A DNA stretch of 51,511 nt from Methylococcales bacterium (GCA_036478815.1 JAZGEP010000209.1:1-51511), one strand, 5' to 3'; counted from the first letter of the stretch, positions 27,374 through 37,635 are shown. The notes: generated by a model from the sequence alone, not told the origin. Program-made: numbers and translations.

Positions 27374-29662
27374 GTGGTTTATTTATTCAGATTTATTGTG
27401 TTAGTTGCTACTGCCAATGTAGTGTTTGCCACGCCAAACATCATCACAACGCAGGAATTTGAAATACGCAACGGGCACGCTGAAAAAGCCTTTCAACACG
27501 GTGATTTTGAAAATGCCATCGTTCATTGGTTATCGACGGCAGATGTTTTTGCCAGTCGTGGTGAGACAGCCAAGCAAATCACAGCCTTGATCAGGCTCAG
27601 TGATGCATATCAGGCCATGGGTCAAAACGCAGCTTCAATTATTGCTTTAAATGCGGCTAATACACTGACTGACAAATTGACTGATCAACGTCAAAAAATC
27701 AATATATTTAATAGTTTGAGTGCAGCCTATAGTGCTGCTGGAAAGCATCAAAGAGCCACTGTTTTTGTTCAGCAGGCTATTGAGAAAGCTCGCGCTGCTA
27801 ACGCACCAGGACTCCTTGCCGCAACACTCAATAACCAAGGCAATTTGTTGGTTCGTCAGAAGAAATTGAACCAGGCTGTTGAAGCCTACTCTGAGAGTAT
27901 TCAATTGGCTGACTCTTCAGGAAATCAAATGCTTGCTGCAAAAGCATCGGTTAATTCAGTAATCGCAGCTTTTGAAATGGGAATTGTTGACACTATTGAG
28001 GTGAAGTTACTAATCGCACAAGCGCATTTGGAGAAAATCGCCGATGATCATAATAAAGCCTTTCACTGGATCAGTCTGGGGCAGATAGCGCAGCGCTTGT
28101 CTGTCAATGATGCAAATCAACGTCTCTGGCAGCCTTTCGCCCACCATGCTTTTAAACAGGCAAGCGCTATCGGAAAACGTATTTCAGACGCTCGTGCGAT
28201 CTCTTACGCTACGGGCTATCTAGGTGATCTTTATGCGGCTGAGAATCGATATGACGAGGCATTACAGCTCACTCGGCAGGCGATTTTTGCGATCGAAACC
28301 ATCAATGCCCCTGAAATTTTGTATCGTTGGCAGTGGCAAACAGGTCAAATACTGAAAGCGAAAAGTGAACCCAAAGCCGCTATTCAAGCCTATCAACAAG
28401 CTATCAATACATTGCAGTTGGTACGCCAGGATTTTACAGTTCGACAACTAAGCACATCATCCTTTCGTGAGGAAATTGGTCCTTTATATCTGGAGTTAGC
28501 AGATTTGTTACTGCAATCTAACGATACACTATCAGACCAGGACAAAATTCAACACAATCTGGTTGCTGCACGCAATACCATGGAACAGTTAAAAGCAGCA
28601 GAATTACAAGATTATTTTAAAGATGATTGCGTTGTCAGTTTACAGAAAAAGTTGCGTTCGCTGGAAACTATTGATCAACTGACTGCAGCAATCTATCCGA
28701 TACTGCTTGCTGACCGTACAGAGATTTTACTTAGCTTACCGGAGGGGATAAAACGTTTTACCATTCCAGTTAGCCGCGCTGATGTCACTCAGCAGGTACG
28801 GCTTTTTCGTCAAAATCTGGAAAATCGCACCACACGAGAATATCTTCCACAAGCTCAACAACTTTATCAATGGTTGATTGCTCCGCTCCAATCGACATTA
28901 AATGCGCATCAGATTGAAACATTGATAATGGTGCCTGATGAATTCTTGCGAACAATTCCCATGGCTGCGCTTCATGACGGCGAAGCATTCCTGATCGAAA
29001 AATATGCTATCGCAAACACACCAAGTCTGAGTTTAACCGACCCTAAGCCGCTGGATTTGAATAAAATCCATGTTCTCGCTAGCGGTTTATCGGAAGCTGT
29101 TCAGGGGTTTTCACCCCTGCCTCATGTTGCAGAAGAACTAGCCAACATTCAGAAAACACTTGGCGGTCAAGTGTTATTGGACAATGCATTCCTGCTGAAC
29201 AGAATCCAGAAAGAACTAAAAAACACCTCTTATAATATTGTCCATATTGCTTCACATGGACAATTCAAAAACAATACACAGGAAAACTTCGTATTAACCT
29301 TCGATAAAAAGTTAAATATGGATGCGCTGGAGCAGCTTATTGGACAAAGCAGATTTCGTGATAAACCGGTGGAATTACTTGTCTTGAGCGCTTGTCAAAC
29401 CGCAGCTGGTGATGATCGGGCCGCCTTGGGACTTGCCGGCATTGCTATCAAAGCCGGTGCTCGAAGCGCCGTTGCTACTCTATGGTTTATCAACGATCTG
29501 GCGGCGGCTGATTTGGTGACTGAATTTTATCGTCAACTAAAAGCAACCCACACATCAAAAGCCCAGGCATTACAAAAAGCGCAAATTCACCTCATTAAGA
29601 AACCTGCCTATCACCACCCTTACTTTTGGTCACCATTTTTGTTGATTGGTAATTGGCTTTAA
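27374..29662 (+). CDS. signal-peptide TPR-repeat + CHAT (caspase-like) domain protein
   Basis: 762 aa with a GTG start after GAAGGAC. N-terminal hydrophobic signal FIVLVATANVVFA and ~400 aa of TPR-like helical repeats. CHAT dyad: His in VHIASHG (29255-29257) and Cys in LVLSACQTAAGD (29393-29395). Family-typical ending HPYFWSPFLLIGNW. Confidence 0.9.
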   Translation: MVYLFRFIVLVATANVVFATPNIITTQEFEIRNGHAEKAFQHGDFENAIVHWLSTADVFASRGETAKQITALIRLSDAYQAMGQNAASIIALNAANTLTDKLTDQRQKINIFNSLSAAYSAAGKHQRATVFVQQAIEKARAANAPGLLAATLNNQGNLLVRQKKLNQAVEAYSESIQLADSSGNQMLAAKASVNSVIAAFEMGIVDTIEVKLLIAQAHLEKIADDHNKAFHWISLGQIAQRLSVNDANQRLWQPFAHHAFKQASAIGKRISDARAISYATGYLGDLYAAENRYDEALQLTRQAIFAIETINAPEILYRWQWQTGQILKAKSEPKAAIQAYQQAINTLQLVRQDFTVRQLSTSSFREEIGPLYLELADLLLQSNDTLSDQDKIQHNLVAARNTMEQLKAAELQDYFKDDCVVSLQKKLRSLETIDQLTAAIYPILLADRTEILLSLPEGIKRFTIPVSRADVTQQVRLFRQNLENRTTREYLPQAQQLYQWLIAPLQSTLNAHQIETLIMVPDEFLRTIPMAALHDGEAFLIEKYAIANTPSLSLTDPKPLDLNKIHVLASGLSEAVQGFSPLPHVAEELANIQKTLGGQVLLDNAFLLNRIQKELKNTSYNIVHIASHGQFKNNTQENFVLTFDKKLNMDALEQLIGQSRFRDKPVELLVLSACQTAAGDDRAALGLAGIAIKAGARSAVATLWFINDLAAADLVTEFYRQLKATHTSKAQALQKAQIHLIKKPAYHHPYFWSPFLLIGNWL

Positions 29663-29673
29663 ATCCTCGTTCC

Positions 29674-29834
29674 TTAGAAACGTGCATGAAATAACGTGAA
29701 CATTCTGGCTTGTCTTTTTGCTCCTGACGAAACCATCTCAATCGTTGCGTAGAACAACTATGCGCCTCTTTAGATCGTTTCATCAGCAACAAAAATCCTG
29801 CACCATCATTGTTCAAGTTATTCCACGCACGTTT
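29674..29834. mobile_element. MITE, core-1, A-type termini, immediately after the CHAT gene stop
   Basis: TTAGAAACGTGCATGAAATAACGTGAACA ... core-1 hairpin ... CATTGTTCAAGTTATTCCACGCACGTTT. Preceded by the E-type 19-mer TTAAATCCTCGTTCCTTAG (29659-29677). Confidence 0.85.
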
Positions 29835-29883
29835 GTATTTTAGACAACCATAAAGCCGCCCCATATGTGAAAAAAAACAGACC

Positions 29884-29927
29884 TGTGATCTAGCTCATAG
29901 CTCCACAAACCAAAAATGTGTTTTTAT
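29884..29927 (+). promoter_or_regulatory. CRP-like box TGTGATCTAGCTCATA + -10-like element (copy 3), upstream of the DUF928 gene
   Basis: Box at 29884-29899. TGtTTTTAT at 29919-29927. Lies ~200 bp upstream of ATG 30100. The same flanking block (CCTGTGATCT...GTGTTT.TAT) as copies 1 and 2. Confidence 0.45.
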
Positions 29928-30099
29928 AGGGCTATAGGGAAAGAACTGGTTTGGTTTCCATGATCTTATTGACGGAAACTCATTATCGGACGGACTTTTT
30001 TCAGTAATGCTGCATATTCTTACCTATGCATGAACAGTAATTATTAAATCCTTGTTCCTCAGTATCGTGAACATTTATCTAGATAGTAAGAGAATAATT

Positions 30100-30960
30100 A
30101 TGAATATCAACGTCACCTTGTTATTTTATCTTGGGATATTTTGTCTCGGAATAGCCTTTTTGGCGTCCAATGGATTTGCCGAGAATTTACACAAGCCTGA
30201 CCTTCAAAAACGCCTCTTGGGAGCTGATGAAAATACAGAAGGATCGATCCTGAAAAAAACAGATGTACGGTCTAATATTAATGATCAGCAGGTAAAACCT
30301 TCCCAGCGCCCAGTTTACACTCCTCCATTTCTTGGTGCTCCATCTGCCAATCGACTGATTGGCATGGCTGTGCGTGGGATCGACCATGAAGATTTGTTGT
30401 TATCGGTGCTTACGCCAGAGCATACTGGATTAACCTCCCATGCTCAGCCGGTATTTTATTGGTATCTATCCAAGCCGGTTCCCAAATCTTATCAGTTTAT
30501 TGAATTTGTGTTGAGCTCTGATAAATCAACAACACCTGTTTTACGAACACGGTTAGATAAACCCTCAAAAGGGGGTATACAGAAAATACCATTAGCGGAC
30601 TACAACATCAGTCTGATACCAGAAGTAGAATACAGGTGGTCGATTGCATTAGTGTCAGATGCTAATGCACGTTCACTTGATATTGTTAGCAGTGGAAACG
30701 TCAAACTGGCTAAGCCCAATAAGGTATTGGAGACAAGTCTTCAAGCAGTCTCTATTGCACAACATCCTGCTATTTTCGCCCAAGCAGGATTATGGTATGA
30801 AGCGATGACTAGTCTCGTTAATCAAGTTGAGAAGCAACCTGAAAACTTGACACACACTCAAAATTTAGCAGCACTTCTTGAGCAAGCAGGATTACAGGAA
30901 ATAGTTACCCATATGAATAATAATGCTATCAGCATGGGCATTGTAGATAAACAAAAGTGA
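30100..30960 (+). CDS. DUF928-like secreted protein
   Basis: ATG 30100 gives the signal peptide LLFYLGIFCLGIAFLASNGFA. Family-like landmarks from memory: PPFLGAP..R..G..VRG, LTPEHTGLTSHAQPVFYWYLSKP, and C-terminal AGLWYEAMTSL. Confidence 0.7.
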   Translation: MNINVTLLFYLGIFCLGIAFLASNGFAENLHKPDLQKRLLGADENTEGSILKKTDVRSNINDQQVKPSQRPVYTPPFLGAPSANRLIGMAVRGIDHEDLLLSVLTPEHTGLTSHAQPVFYWYLSKPVPKSYQFIEFVLSSDKSTTPVLRTRLDKPSKGGIQKIPLADYNISLIPEVEYRWSIALVSDANARSLDIVSSGNVKLAKPNKVLETSLQAVSIAQHPAIFAQAGLWYEAMTSLVNQVEKQPENLTHTQNLAALLEQAGLQEIVTHMNNNAISMGIVDKQK

Positions 30961-31031
30961 ATGACAGGATAGATACACTATCTGATTAATCGCTGCTTGT
31001 TTTGTTCAGCATGAAATGATGTTTCTCAAGC

Positions 31032-33752
31032 TTAATATTGTTGATTGCAATCAACCCTCATGGCTGAATACAGGATGCTTTTTTCTAATCCTGAATATAA
31101 AGTATCACGATCATTCTCTGGTGAATGCAGGAATGACGCGCCTTTATTAATCGGATATTGAGGTGGAGTCTCATCAATCGTTGTATAATCCAAAAAATCT
31201 GATGGTATCAAATCTCCAGGCTTAACCGGTATTCCACCGCGCCCTTTTACCACAAACCGACTCAAGTTACTTCCGGAACGGGCGGCACATCGCTTACTCA
31301 GCTGCTGTGAAGCATTCATTAATGTATCTGGAAGAACCGCAATGCTACCACTGATGTTGGTATCTGGTGTTAGACTGAGTAAGCCATCCATGCTTACTTC
31401 TGATGAGGCAGTTACCTCGTTGCTGGGTGATTCGAAGACTAAGCCTGAAATAGTGATATTACCACCTGGACCTCCAGCAGCGTCAGCTTTTACTTTACTG
31501 TTGTTGAAAGCCACGATTGGAGTATTAATGATAATATCACCTCCTTTACCATTATCGGCGCGAACACTGGCTTCAATGCTGCTATCACTTAACTGCAAAC
31601 TGTTACCATTGATTATTTTGATATTGCCTGCATCTGGTTGAGTTGATTCAGTTGTAATAGCTGACCCGTTCTGTATACGAAACGTGTTAGATAATGTGAT
31701 AACAATATCGCCAGATTGATTACTCTCGGACTGTCTTGTTTTGTCAGAATTGTCACGAACAATATTTGAACCGAGCGATGCGCCATTATCCAAAAGAATG
31801 TCGTCGGCGGTTATTTTTAAATCTCCGCTTTTACCTGTGCCTGTTGTAGTTGCACTTATGTTTGATTGACTGACTTCTATGTGTTTTGCGTTGATTTGTA
31901 TCTCTCCGGCATTACCGGCAATTGCGGTAGCGGCGTTGATGAGTGATTTATTGGAGATGTTAAGAAAATCAGCATTAATTTTCACATTACCTCCTTTTCC
32001 TGCGTTCAAACTGGTAGTAAGAATGCCAGAAACATCATAGATGTCTATGTGGTCAGCTTTTAATGAAATATTGCCAGAATCTACACTGGAATCAGCAGAA
32101 ATGATCAAATTACCATCTTTATCGGCCTGTAAGGGAATACTGGTAATCAATGAACCACTAAATACTTTTATACTCTTGGCTATTATTGAAATATTGCCAG
32201 CAGATCCAGTATTATCAACTTGTTCTGTAAGGGAAGTAGTCGCAATAAATCCATTATTATAAATTTCCAGTTGACCAGTATTAGCATTAATTGTTAAATT
32301 TCCTCCATTTCCAGAACCATTCGTAAAGACACTGACTATGGCTGAATCATGAATTCTTGGATCCACAGAAACAATCTGTAAATCACCTGTATTTCCTGAA
32401 CTCTTGGTAAAAATTCCGATTGAGCTTCCATCAGAAACATCTAGATAATCAGCATCAATCATCATATTACCTGCATTACCTGCACCCGAGGTAGATGATT
32501 GAATTACAGCACCATCACTGACTTCTAGATTATCAGAATTGATGACTATATTTCCTGCGTTGCCTGCATTTCTCGCTTCTGTGAATAGTCCAGGAACAAA
32601 TTCAGACACATTACCCTCAAGTAGAATAGAATTCGCATTGATTATCAAATCTCCACCTTGACCTGTAGAATGAGTTGTTGAGTTAATGCGTGTCCTATGT
32701 GTTAATTTAATTCCATCAACGTCCAGCATAATGTTACCTGCGTTACCTTCACCTGATGCGAAGGTATCAATACCGCTTTGAGGGGGGGATTCTATATCAT
32801 CTGTTTTCGGAACCCCGTTGATATTTAAATTACCTGTTAAAGCAATATCAATATTACCGCCATTACCGTTTGTTGTATTCGCGGCAATAAATGTGTTATC
32901 CATAATCAATTGTCCACCGCGAATAAATATTGTTCCGGCGGTATCAGCGCTAACATCAACTTCGGCTTTTGTTTTTGATTCAATCGAAACACGTGGAACA
33001 TTCGGGTCATGACTAAGATGAATATTTCCAAATTGAGTAAATGACGTGGTATCCACCCTTGATTCATCCACAATCACTGCTCCGACAGAGTCAACGCTCA
33101 CCAGGTTAATTTGCCCACTGGGTGCGTAGAGTGAACTGTTTTTACTCGTGATGTTCCCTCCGACTAAGGATAGTGTTGAATCTGTTGGTACCTTAAGCAC
33201 GGTGTTTGAGACAGAAATGCCTGCAGGATGACTGTTTAAAAAGCCAAAGGATTCAGGTGCAGCTGTTGTTATTATCGGGCTGATGGTTGCTGTGCCATTG
33301 TTAAAATGCACGCCATCTTTAAACCCTAGATAGTCGGCAGTACTGGCATGAAAAGAACCTTGCACATTAAGGCTCGCATTCTCACCAAAAATTACGCCGG
33401 CTGGATTTAGAAAATATAGATTAGCTCCTGAGATAGTAGAACGTATTGTGCCGTCAATGTTTGATGCTTGCCCACCTGTGACGCGCCCAATAACATTCTG
33501 GATGTCAGTTGAACCACTAAACACAGCACTTTCTGTGTTGTTAAGATTGAATTGTCCAAAGCTGTGAAATAAATTACCACCAGCACGTTGGCCCAAGTCC
33601 TCAGTGATTTGATAATTTGGACCTGAAAGAGTGCCAGCAGCTCCCACAGAGCCATCGAGAGTCACTTCGCTCTGGAGAGAAGAGCTGAAAATACAGATGA
33701 TAATCAGTAGCAAACAATCTTGTGTCGAGAATTTTTGAGTACCGTTTTTCAT
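31032..33752 (-). CDS. two-partner-secretion exoprotein (TpsA-like; filamentous-haemagglutinin N-terminal domain + beta-helix)
   Basis: 906 aa with SD AAGGAG 8 nt upstream and a signal peptide. TPS domain GNLFHSFGQFNL ... VIGRVTGG ... ANLYFLNPAGVIFG ... GSFHAST. Long run of G-N-A/G-G-N-I/M beta-helix repeats. C-terminal CAARSGSNLSRFVVKGRGGIPVKPGD module. Confidence 0.9.
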   Translation of the reverse strand: MKNGTQKFSTQDCLLLIIICIFSSSLQSEVTLDGSVGAAGTLSGPNYQITEDLGQRAGGNLFHSFGQFNLNNTESAVFSGSTDIQNVIGRVTGGQASNIDGTIRSTISGANLYFLNPAGVIFGENASLNVQGSFHASTADYLGFKDGVHFNNGTATISPIITTAAPESFGFLNSHPAGISVSNTVLKVPTDSTLSLVGGNITSKNSSLYAPSGQINLVSVDSVGAVIVDESRVDTTSFTQFGNIHLSHDPNVPRVSIESKTKAEVDVSADTAGTIFIRGGQLIMDNTFIAANTTNGNGGNIDIALTGNLNINGVPKTDDIESPPQSGIDTFASGEGNAGNIMLDVDGIKLTHRTRINSTTHSTGQGGDLIINANSILLEGNVSEFVPGLFTEARNAGNAGNIVINSDNLEVSDGAVIQSSTSGAGNAGNMMIDADYLDVSDGSSIGIFTKSSGNTGDLQIVSVDPRIHDSAIVSVFTNGSGNGGNLTINANTGQLEIYNNGFIATTSLTEQVDNTGSAGNISIIAKSIKVFSGSLITSIPLQADKDGNLIISADSSVDSGNISLKADHIDIYDVSGILTTSLNAGKGGNVKINADFLNISNKSLINAATAIAGNAGEIQINAKHIEVSQSNISATTTGTGKSGDLKITADDILLDNGASLGSNIVRDNSDKTRQSESNQSGDIVITLSNTFRIQNGSAITTESTQPDAGNIKIINGNSLQLSDSSIEASVRADNGKGGDIIINTPIVAFNNSKVKADAAGGPGGNITISGLVFESPSNEVTASSEVSMDGLLSLTPDTNISGSIAVLPDTLMNASQQLSKRCAARSGSNLSRFVVKGRGGIPVKPGDLIPSDFLDYTTIDETPPQYPINKGASFLHSPENDRDTLYSGLEKSILYSAMRVDCNQQY

Positions 33753-33807
33753 CAGTTTATTCTCCTTGTGCCAGAAAGTGCATTACATACTTTGCTCAAT
33801 CTGTTGC

Positions 33808-35616
33808 CTATAATAACCGTGCATTAACCTGAAAATGGATTCCAAAATCTTGAATATCATGTTCTGTGCCTTCTTTAATCGATCGAAAAGGTAGGCCCCA
33901 ATATAGCTCTGAGTGCAACATTGGCGATGGATCCCAAAGAAGACCCAATCCCCAACTGCCGATCGTATTAGGTTCGGGTGATGCAAGGTCGCTATTTTTT
34001 GACCATCCAAAGTCAACGAAGGTTGCCAGTTGTACATTGCCATCCGTCATTGTTTTGCTGAGACCGGGAATTGGGATGCGAATAATGGGAACTCGCCATT
34101 CCAAAGAGGTGGTAGCACCATTGTCTCTTACAAATTGGTTTTCACGATAACCGCGTACACTGTGTCGACCACCAACAGAAAACTTTTCCAAGGGTAACAA
34201 GGAGTCGTTAGCCAGTTGTGCATCTGCGCGAAACAGTATTTGACTGTCTAATATTGGCAGACGCATAACCCATTGGAATTGGCCTAGCCAAGTAAAGAAT
34301 TGACCATCTGGATCACCATTACTATTGTGAGTTGCATCGAATGCATTGATTCCCCAATTCAATGTCGAACGGGCCGCAATGACTTGTGTTTGACTACGAT
34401 CTAGCCATTCTTGAGTAAAGCGAAGCACAGAGATTTTACTCACACCTTTAGCATTGCCTTCCTCCGGCACGCCTAAAGAGAAGGAAAAAGGTTGGTTATC
34501 GAGAAAGGTCTTACTGCGTCTGTATTCAAAAGCGAGTGTTGCAGAAAAGGTTTGGTTGGGTGTTCTGTAAAAAGGATGGGACAGTGCAATGCCATAGGTT
34601 TCCGAGCGACTCTCAATAGAGATGTCGTTGATCGGCTTTTCTACGACATCCGAATCGCTGTTTTGGTAATAGAGATTGAGACGGGTATCGTATGCTGTTA
34701 GTGGTAATGAGTAAGATCCATTAAAGTCGTGCAGTCCTTCCATGCCAGTGTAACTAAAAAACAGCCCATCTCCAAATCCTGTTAAATTACGATGTCGGAA
34801 CCATATTTTGCCACTGATACCACCGATACTTGGTGAGCGGTCATTTGCCGCGACTGCACCGATTTCATAAGGTCTTGCTTCAGTGACAGCAATGTTCATG
34901 CGGCTTTCTCCAGGTTTTAGCCCAGGATGCAACTCTGCGTTGATTCTTTCAATCAGTGGATCTTGCTGCAACAACAACAGATGTTTCTGTACATTGGTGA
35001 TATTCAGTGGCGGTCCGAAGCTTTGTGCGATTCGATCCTCAATATATGAAGAGCGTAACCAATGGTTGCCGCTAAGTGTCATTTTGGACAATTCCCCTTC
35101 AATGACTTGCAGTTGTATTATGCCATCCTGAACCTGTTGGTCTGGAAGGATGACACCTGAGTTAATATAACCTTGATCAATATAATAGCGGGTCAGTTGG
35201 TATCGAAGTGCTTGGAGTTGTTCATTGGTAACGGTGCGGTTTTCGTAGTGAGTGGTAATTTTTTTGAGTGTTTGGTCAGAAAATACGGTGTTGCCCGTTA
35301 TCCTGATTTCTTTAATAAAAACGCTAAATGTAGTGGATAGCAGCGCATCTTTTTCTGGTGCGATTTCAACCGGTGGCAACCGAAACTCAGGTTTTTGTGG
35401 AAATTGATTGAGTTTTAAGTCAGGTAGTTTTTTCGATTCATTGCTGAGCGCATCGGGAGCGGTAATTACAGGTGTGTTTATTGTTGGGCTACTAGGCGCT
35501 GGAGATCCAGCGTGGCTTGCCTTTGGCTGAAAACACAAACAAGATAATAGTGAGATAATAATGGACTTGATTAATATTTCCATTTGATCTTGATGTGTTA
35601 ACAGTATCTTGTTCAC
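33808..35616 (-). CDS. TpsB outer-membrane transporter (ShlB/FhaC/HecB family, POTRA + beta-barrel)
   Basis: 602 aa. POTRA-like IKEIRITGNTVFSDQTLKKI and loop-6 motif FSVGGRHSVRGYRENQ. Lies 55 bp upstream of the TpsA gene on the same strand. Start uncertain (GTG 35616 or ATG 35583). Confidence 0.85.
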   Translation of the reverse strand: MNKILLTHQDQMEILIKSIIISLLSCLCFQPKASHAGSPAPSSPTINTPVITAPDALSNESKKLPDLKLNQFPQKPEFRLPPVEIAPEKDALLSTTFSVFIKEIRITGNTVFSDQTLKKITTHYENRTVTNEQLQALRYQLTRYYIDQGYINSGVILPDQQVQDGIIQLQVIEGELSKMTLSGNHWLRSSYIEDRIAQSFGPPLNITNVQKHLLLLQQDPLIERINAELHPGLKPGESRMNIAVTEARPYEIGAVAANDRSPSIGGISGKIWFRHRNLTGFGDGLFFSYTGMEGLHDFNGSYSLPLTAYDTRLNLYYQNSDSDVVEKPINDISIESRSETYGIALSHPFYRTPNQTFSATLAFEYRRSKTFLDNQPFSFSLGVPEEGNAKGVSKISVLRFTQEWLDRSQTQVIAARSTLNWGINAFDATHNSNGDPDGQFFTWLGQFQWVMRLPILDSQILFRADAQLANDSLLPLEKFSVGGRHSVRGYRENQFVRDNGATTSLEWRVPIIRIPIPGLSKTMTDGNVQLATFVDFGWSKNSDLASPEPNTIGSWGLGLLWDPSPMLHSELYWGLPFRSIKEGTEHDIQDFGIHFQVNARLL

Positions 35617-35712
35617 AGGTAGATGATAATGGAGAGTGGTGATGAGGCACTATCATGGCACTTTTATTATACTCTTATTAAATTAATACATAGATTAAAA
35701 TTTCTTTAATTT

Positions 35713-37635
35713 CTATTTGTTTTTTCCTGTAACCTGATAAATATCAACGTTATCTTTTTTTCCGCGTAGTTCAACATTTCCTATTATTTTCAGTTGAAAT
35801 TGATTACCGATATAATCCAGCATTTTTCCACCAATGAGAATGCGACAGGGTTGATTAAAATAATCTGGATTAAATTGGGATTTATCAAAATCCTCCAGCC
35901 GTGCTGCTGTATTAACTGTGTCACCATAGATGGTATATTCCATGCGGTCTCGGCCACCAATACTGCCTGTTGCTAATGACCCTGTAAACAAGCCGATACG
36001 CATTCCTACGACCGGTAGCCGCCGCTGCTTCCATTGCTTATTCAACTGAATTAACCTTTCGTTCATTGCCAACGCACAGCTAATCCCATTGATCGCATCC
36101 TGGCGAATTTCTGATACAGACTGGCGTGGCACAGGTATTCCAAATCCAGCGAAAATGGCATCGCCAACAAAGTGGATAACAATGCCTTCATGATTGGCAA
36201 CAAGTGGAGTCATTTCAGCTAAATATTCGTTGAGCCAGTCAAATAAATCTTCAGGCTTCAGTTGTTCTGCTAACGCAATAAAGTGTTGCAGGTCAGTAAA
36301 CATGACTGTGGCTGTAGTTTTTTGTGGTCGGGGACGACCGCCGGCATAAAAAAGTTCCTGTTGTCGCCAGATATCTTCGGCAATTTCGGGTGCAACGTGT
36401 TTTGAAAATAAACTCATGAGTTGCGAGCGTTTCACTTTTTCCAGTGTGGCTTTGTGGGCAGTGGTTAATACACTGGATAATAACCAAGCCAGTGTCGGTG
36501 TGGCGACAATTAGCCATATGCCATTCATAAATAAAAGTGCTGTAAAGCCAAGTAATGCAGCAAGTCCTGCCATCCACACCACGATTAACCGCCCAACAGA
36601 ATGTTGCCGCAGACTCATGAGTACTCCGAACACCGTCCACAGCAAAATCCATAACATTTCTTGCCTGGTAGTGGCTGTTTTCATTGGCGTGTGTCCTTGC
36701 TGTGCAATTCTAAGGATTTGATCAACAATAGCTGCGTGCATCATTACACCGCTAGCCCGGTTGTTCTGTTCTGCACCCCGGTTACAAGACGTATAATAAA
36801 AGTCTTTCACACTGTCTGCGATAACTCCGACCAACACTATTTTATTCTTGAAATCCTCAAGACGAACATTTCCATGCCTGAATTGTTTTAGTGTATATCG
36901 AGGTATCAACTCAGGCGGTTTGCAAAAATCCAGAAGGAACTGATAGCCTTTTGCATCGGCATCCACATATCCACCATCATTCTTTTTGAAAGGGACAATA
37001 ACGGTCGATTGTAGCTTGAGGTTGGTAGTATTCGGCTGAGGAGCAATACCTTCTGCTTGTAAATATATCAGCGCGATGCGCAGAGGTAGCGAATAAAAAA
37101 CCTCTTTGCCATCATCTAAAAACAACAAACCACGTCGAATAATGCCATCACGGTCGGGAAGTGCGTCGATAAAGCCAAATTGATCAGTATTGAACAACGC
37201 AGGCGGAGGATTGACTCTCGAGGATTGTTGATCACTATACTTTATTGAAGTGATTATGTTTTGATGCTGTTTAAATAGGTTCTCCAAAGTTTGATGGCCT
37301 GGAGGAACGGGCGTATCTCGATAGATATCAATACCAATGACACGCGCTTGGTATTGTATTAGTTGAGTCAATATTTCTGCTAATAACTGATCTGAAATTG
37401 GCCAGCTGCTTAATTGACTAATATCATTTTCTGTTATAGTGATAGCAGTGATGGGAGGGACAGTAGAAGCGATAGGACTATGTCGTATCAGTTTATCATA
37501 AGCAGACAACTCCAAAAACTCTGACACACCACTTTTATAGAAAATCAATACAGAACAATAGGCTAGAACAACAATTAAAATACTGGCCATACTTTGCTTG
37601 ATTGCATGGGTTAAAAATCGGAATAATTTTATCAC
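35713..37635 (-). CDS. CHASE2 sensor-domain class III adenylate/guanylate cyclase
   Basis: 640 aa. TM1, then a ~290-aa periplasmic CHASE2-like region, three TMs and a cyclase domain (VMFTDLQHF, HFVGDAIFAGFG, RIGLFTGSLATGSIGG..RMEYTIYGDTVNTAARLE). The GTG start overlaps the crp-like stop. Confidence 0.9.
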   Translation of the reverse strand: MIKLFRFLTHAIKQSMASILIVVLAYCSVLIFYKSGVSEFLELSAYDKLIRHSPIASTVPPITAITITENDISQLSSWPISDQLLAEILTQLIQYQARVIGIDIYRDTPVPPGHQTLENLFKQHQNIITSIKYSDQQSSRVNPPPALFNTDQFGFIDALPDRDGIIRRGLLFLDDGKEVFYSLPLRIALIYLQAEGIAPQPNTTNLKLQSTVIVPFKKNDGGYVDADAKGYQFLLDFCKPPELIPRYTLKQFRHGNVRLEDFKNKIVLVGVIADSVKDFYYTSCNRGAEQNNRASGVMMHAAIVDQILRIAQQGHTPMKTATTRQEMLWILLWTVFGVLMSLRQHSVGRLIVVWMAGLAALLGFTALLFMNGIWLIVATPTLAWLLSSVLTTAHKATLEKVKRSQLMSLFSKHVAPEIAEDIWRQQELFYAGGRPRPQKTTATVMFTDLQHFIALAEQLKPEDLFDWLNEYLAEMTPLVANHEGIVIHFVGDAIFAGFGIPVPRQSVSEIRQDAINGISCALAMNERLIQLNKQWKQRRLPVVGMRIGLFTGSLATGSIGGRDRMEYTIYGDTVNTAARLEDFDKSQFNPDYFNQPCRILIGGKMLDYIGNQFQLKIIGNVELRGKKDNVDIYQVTGKNK

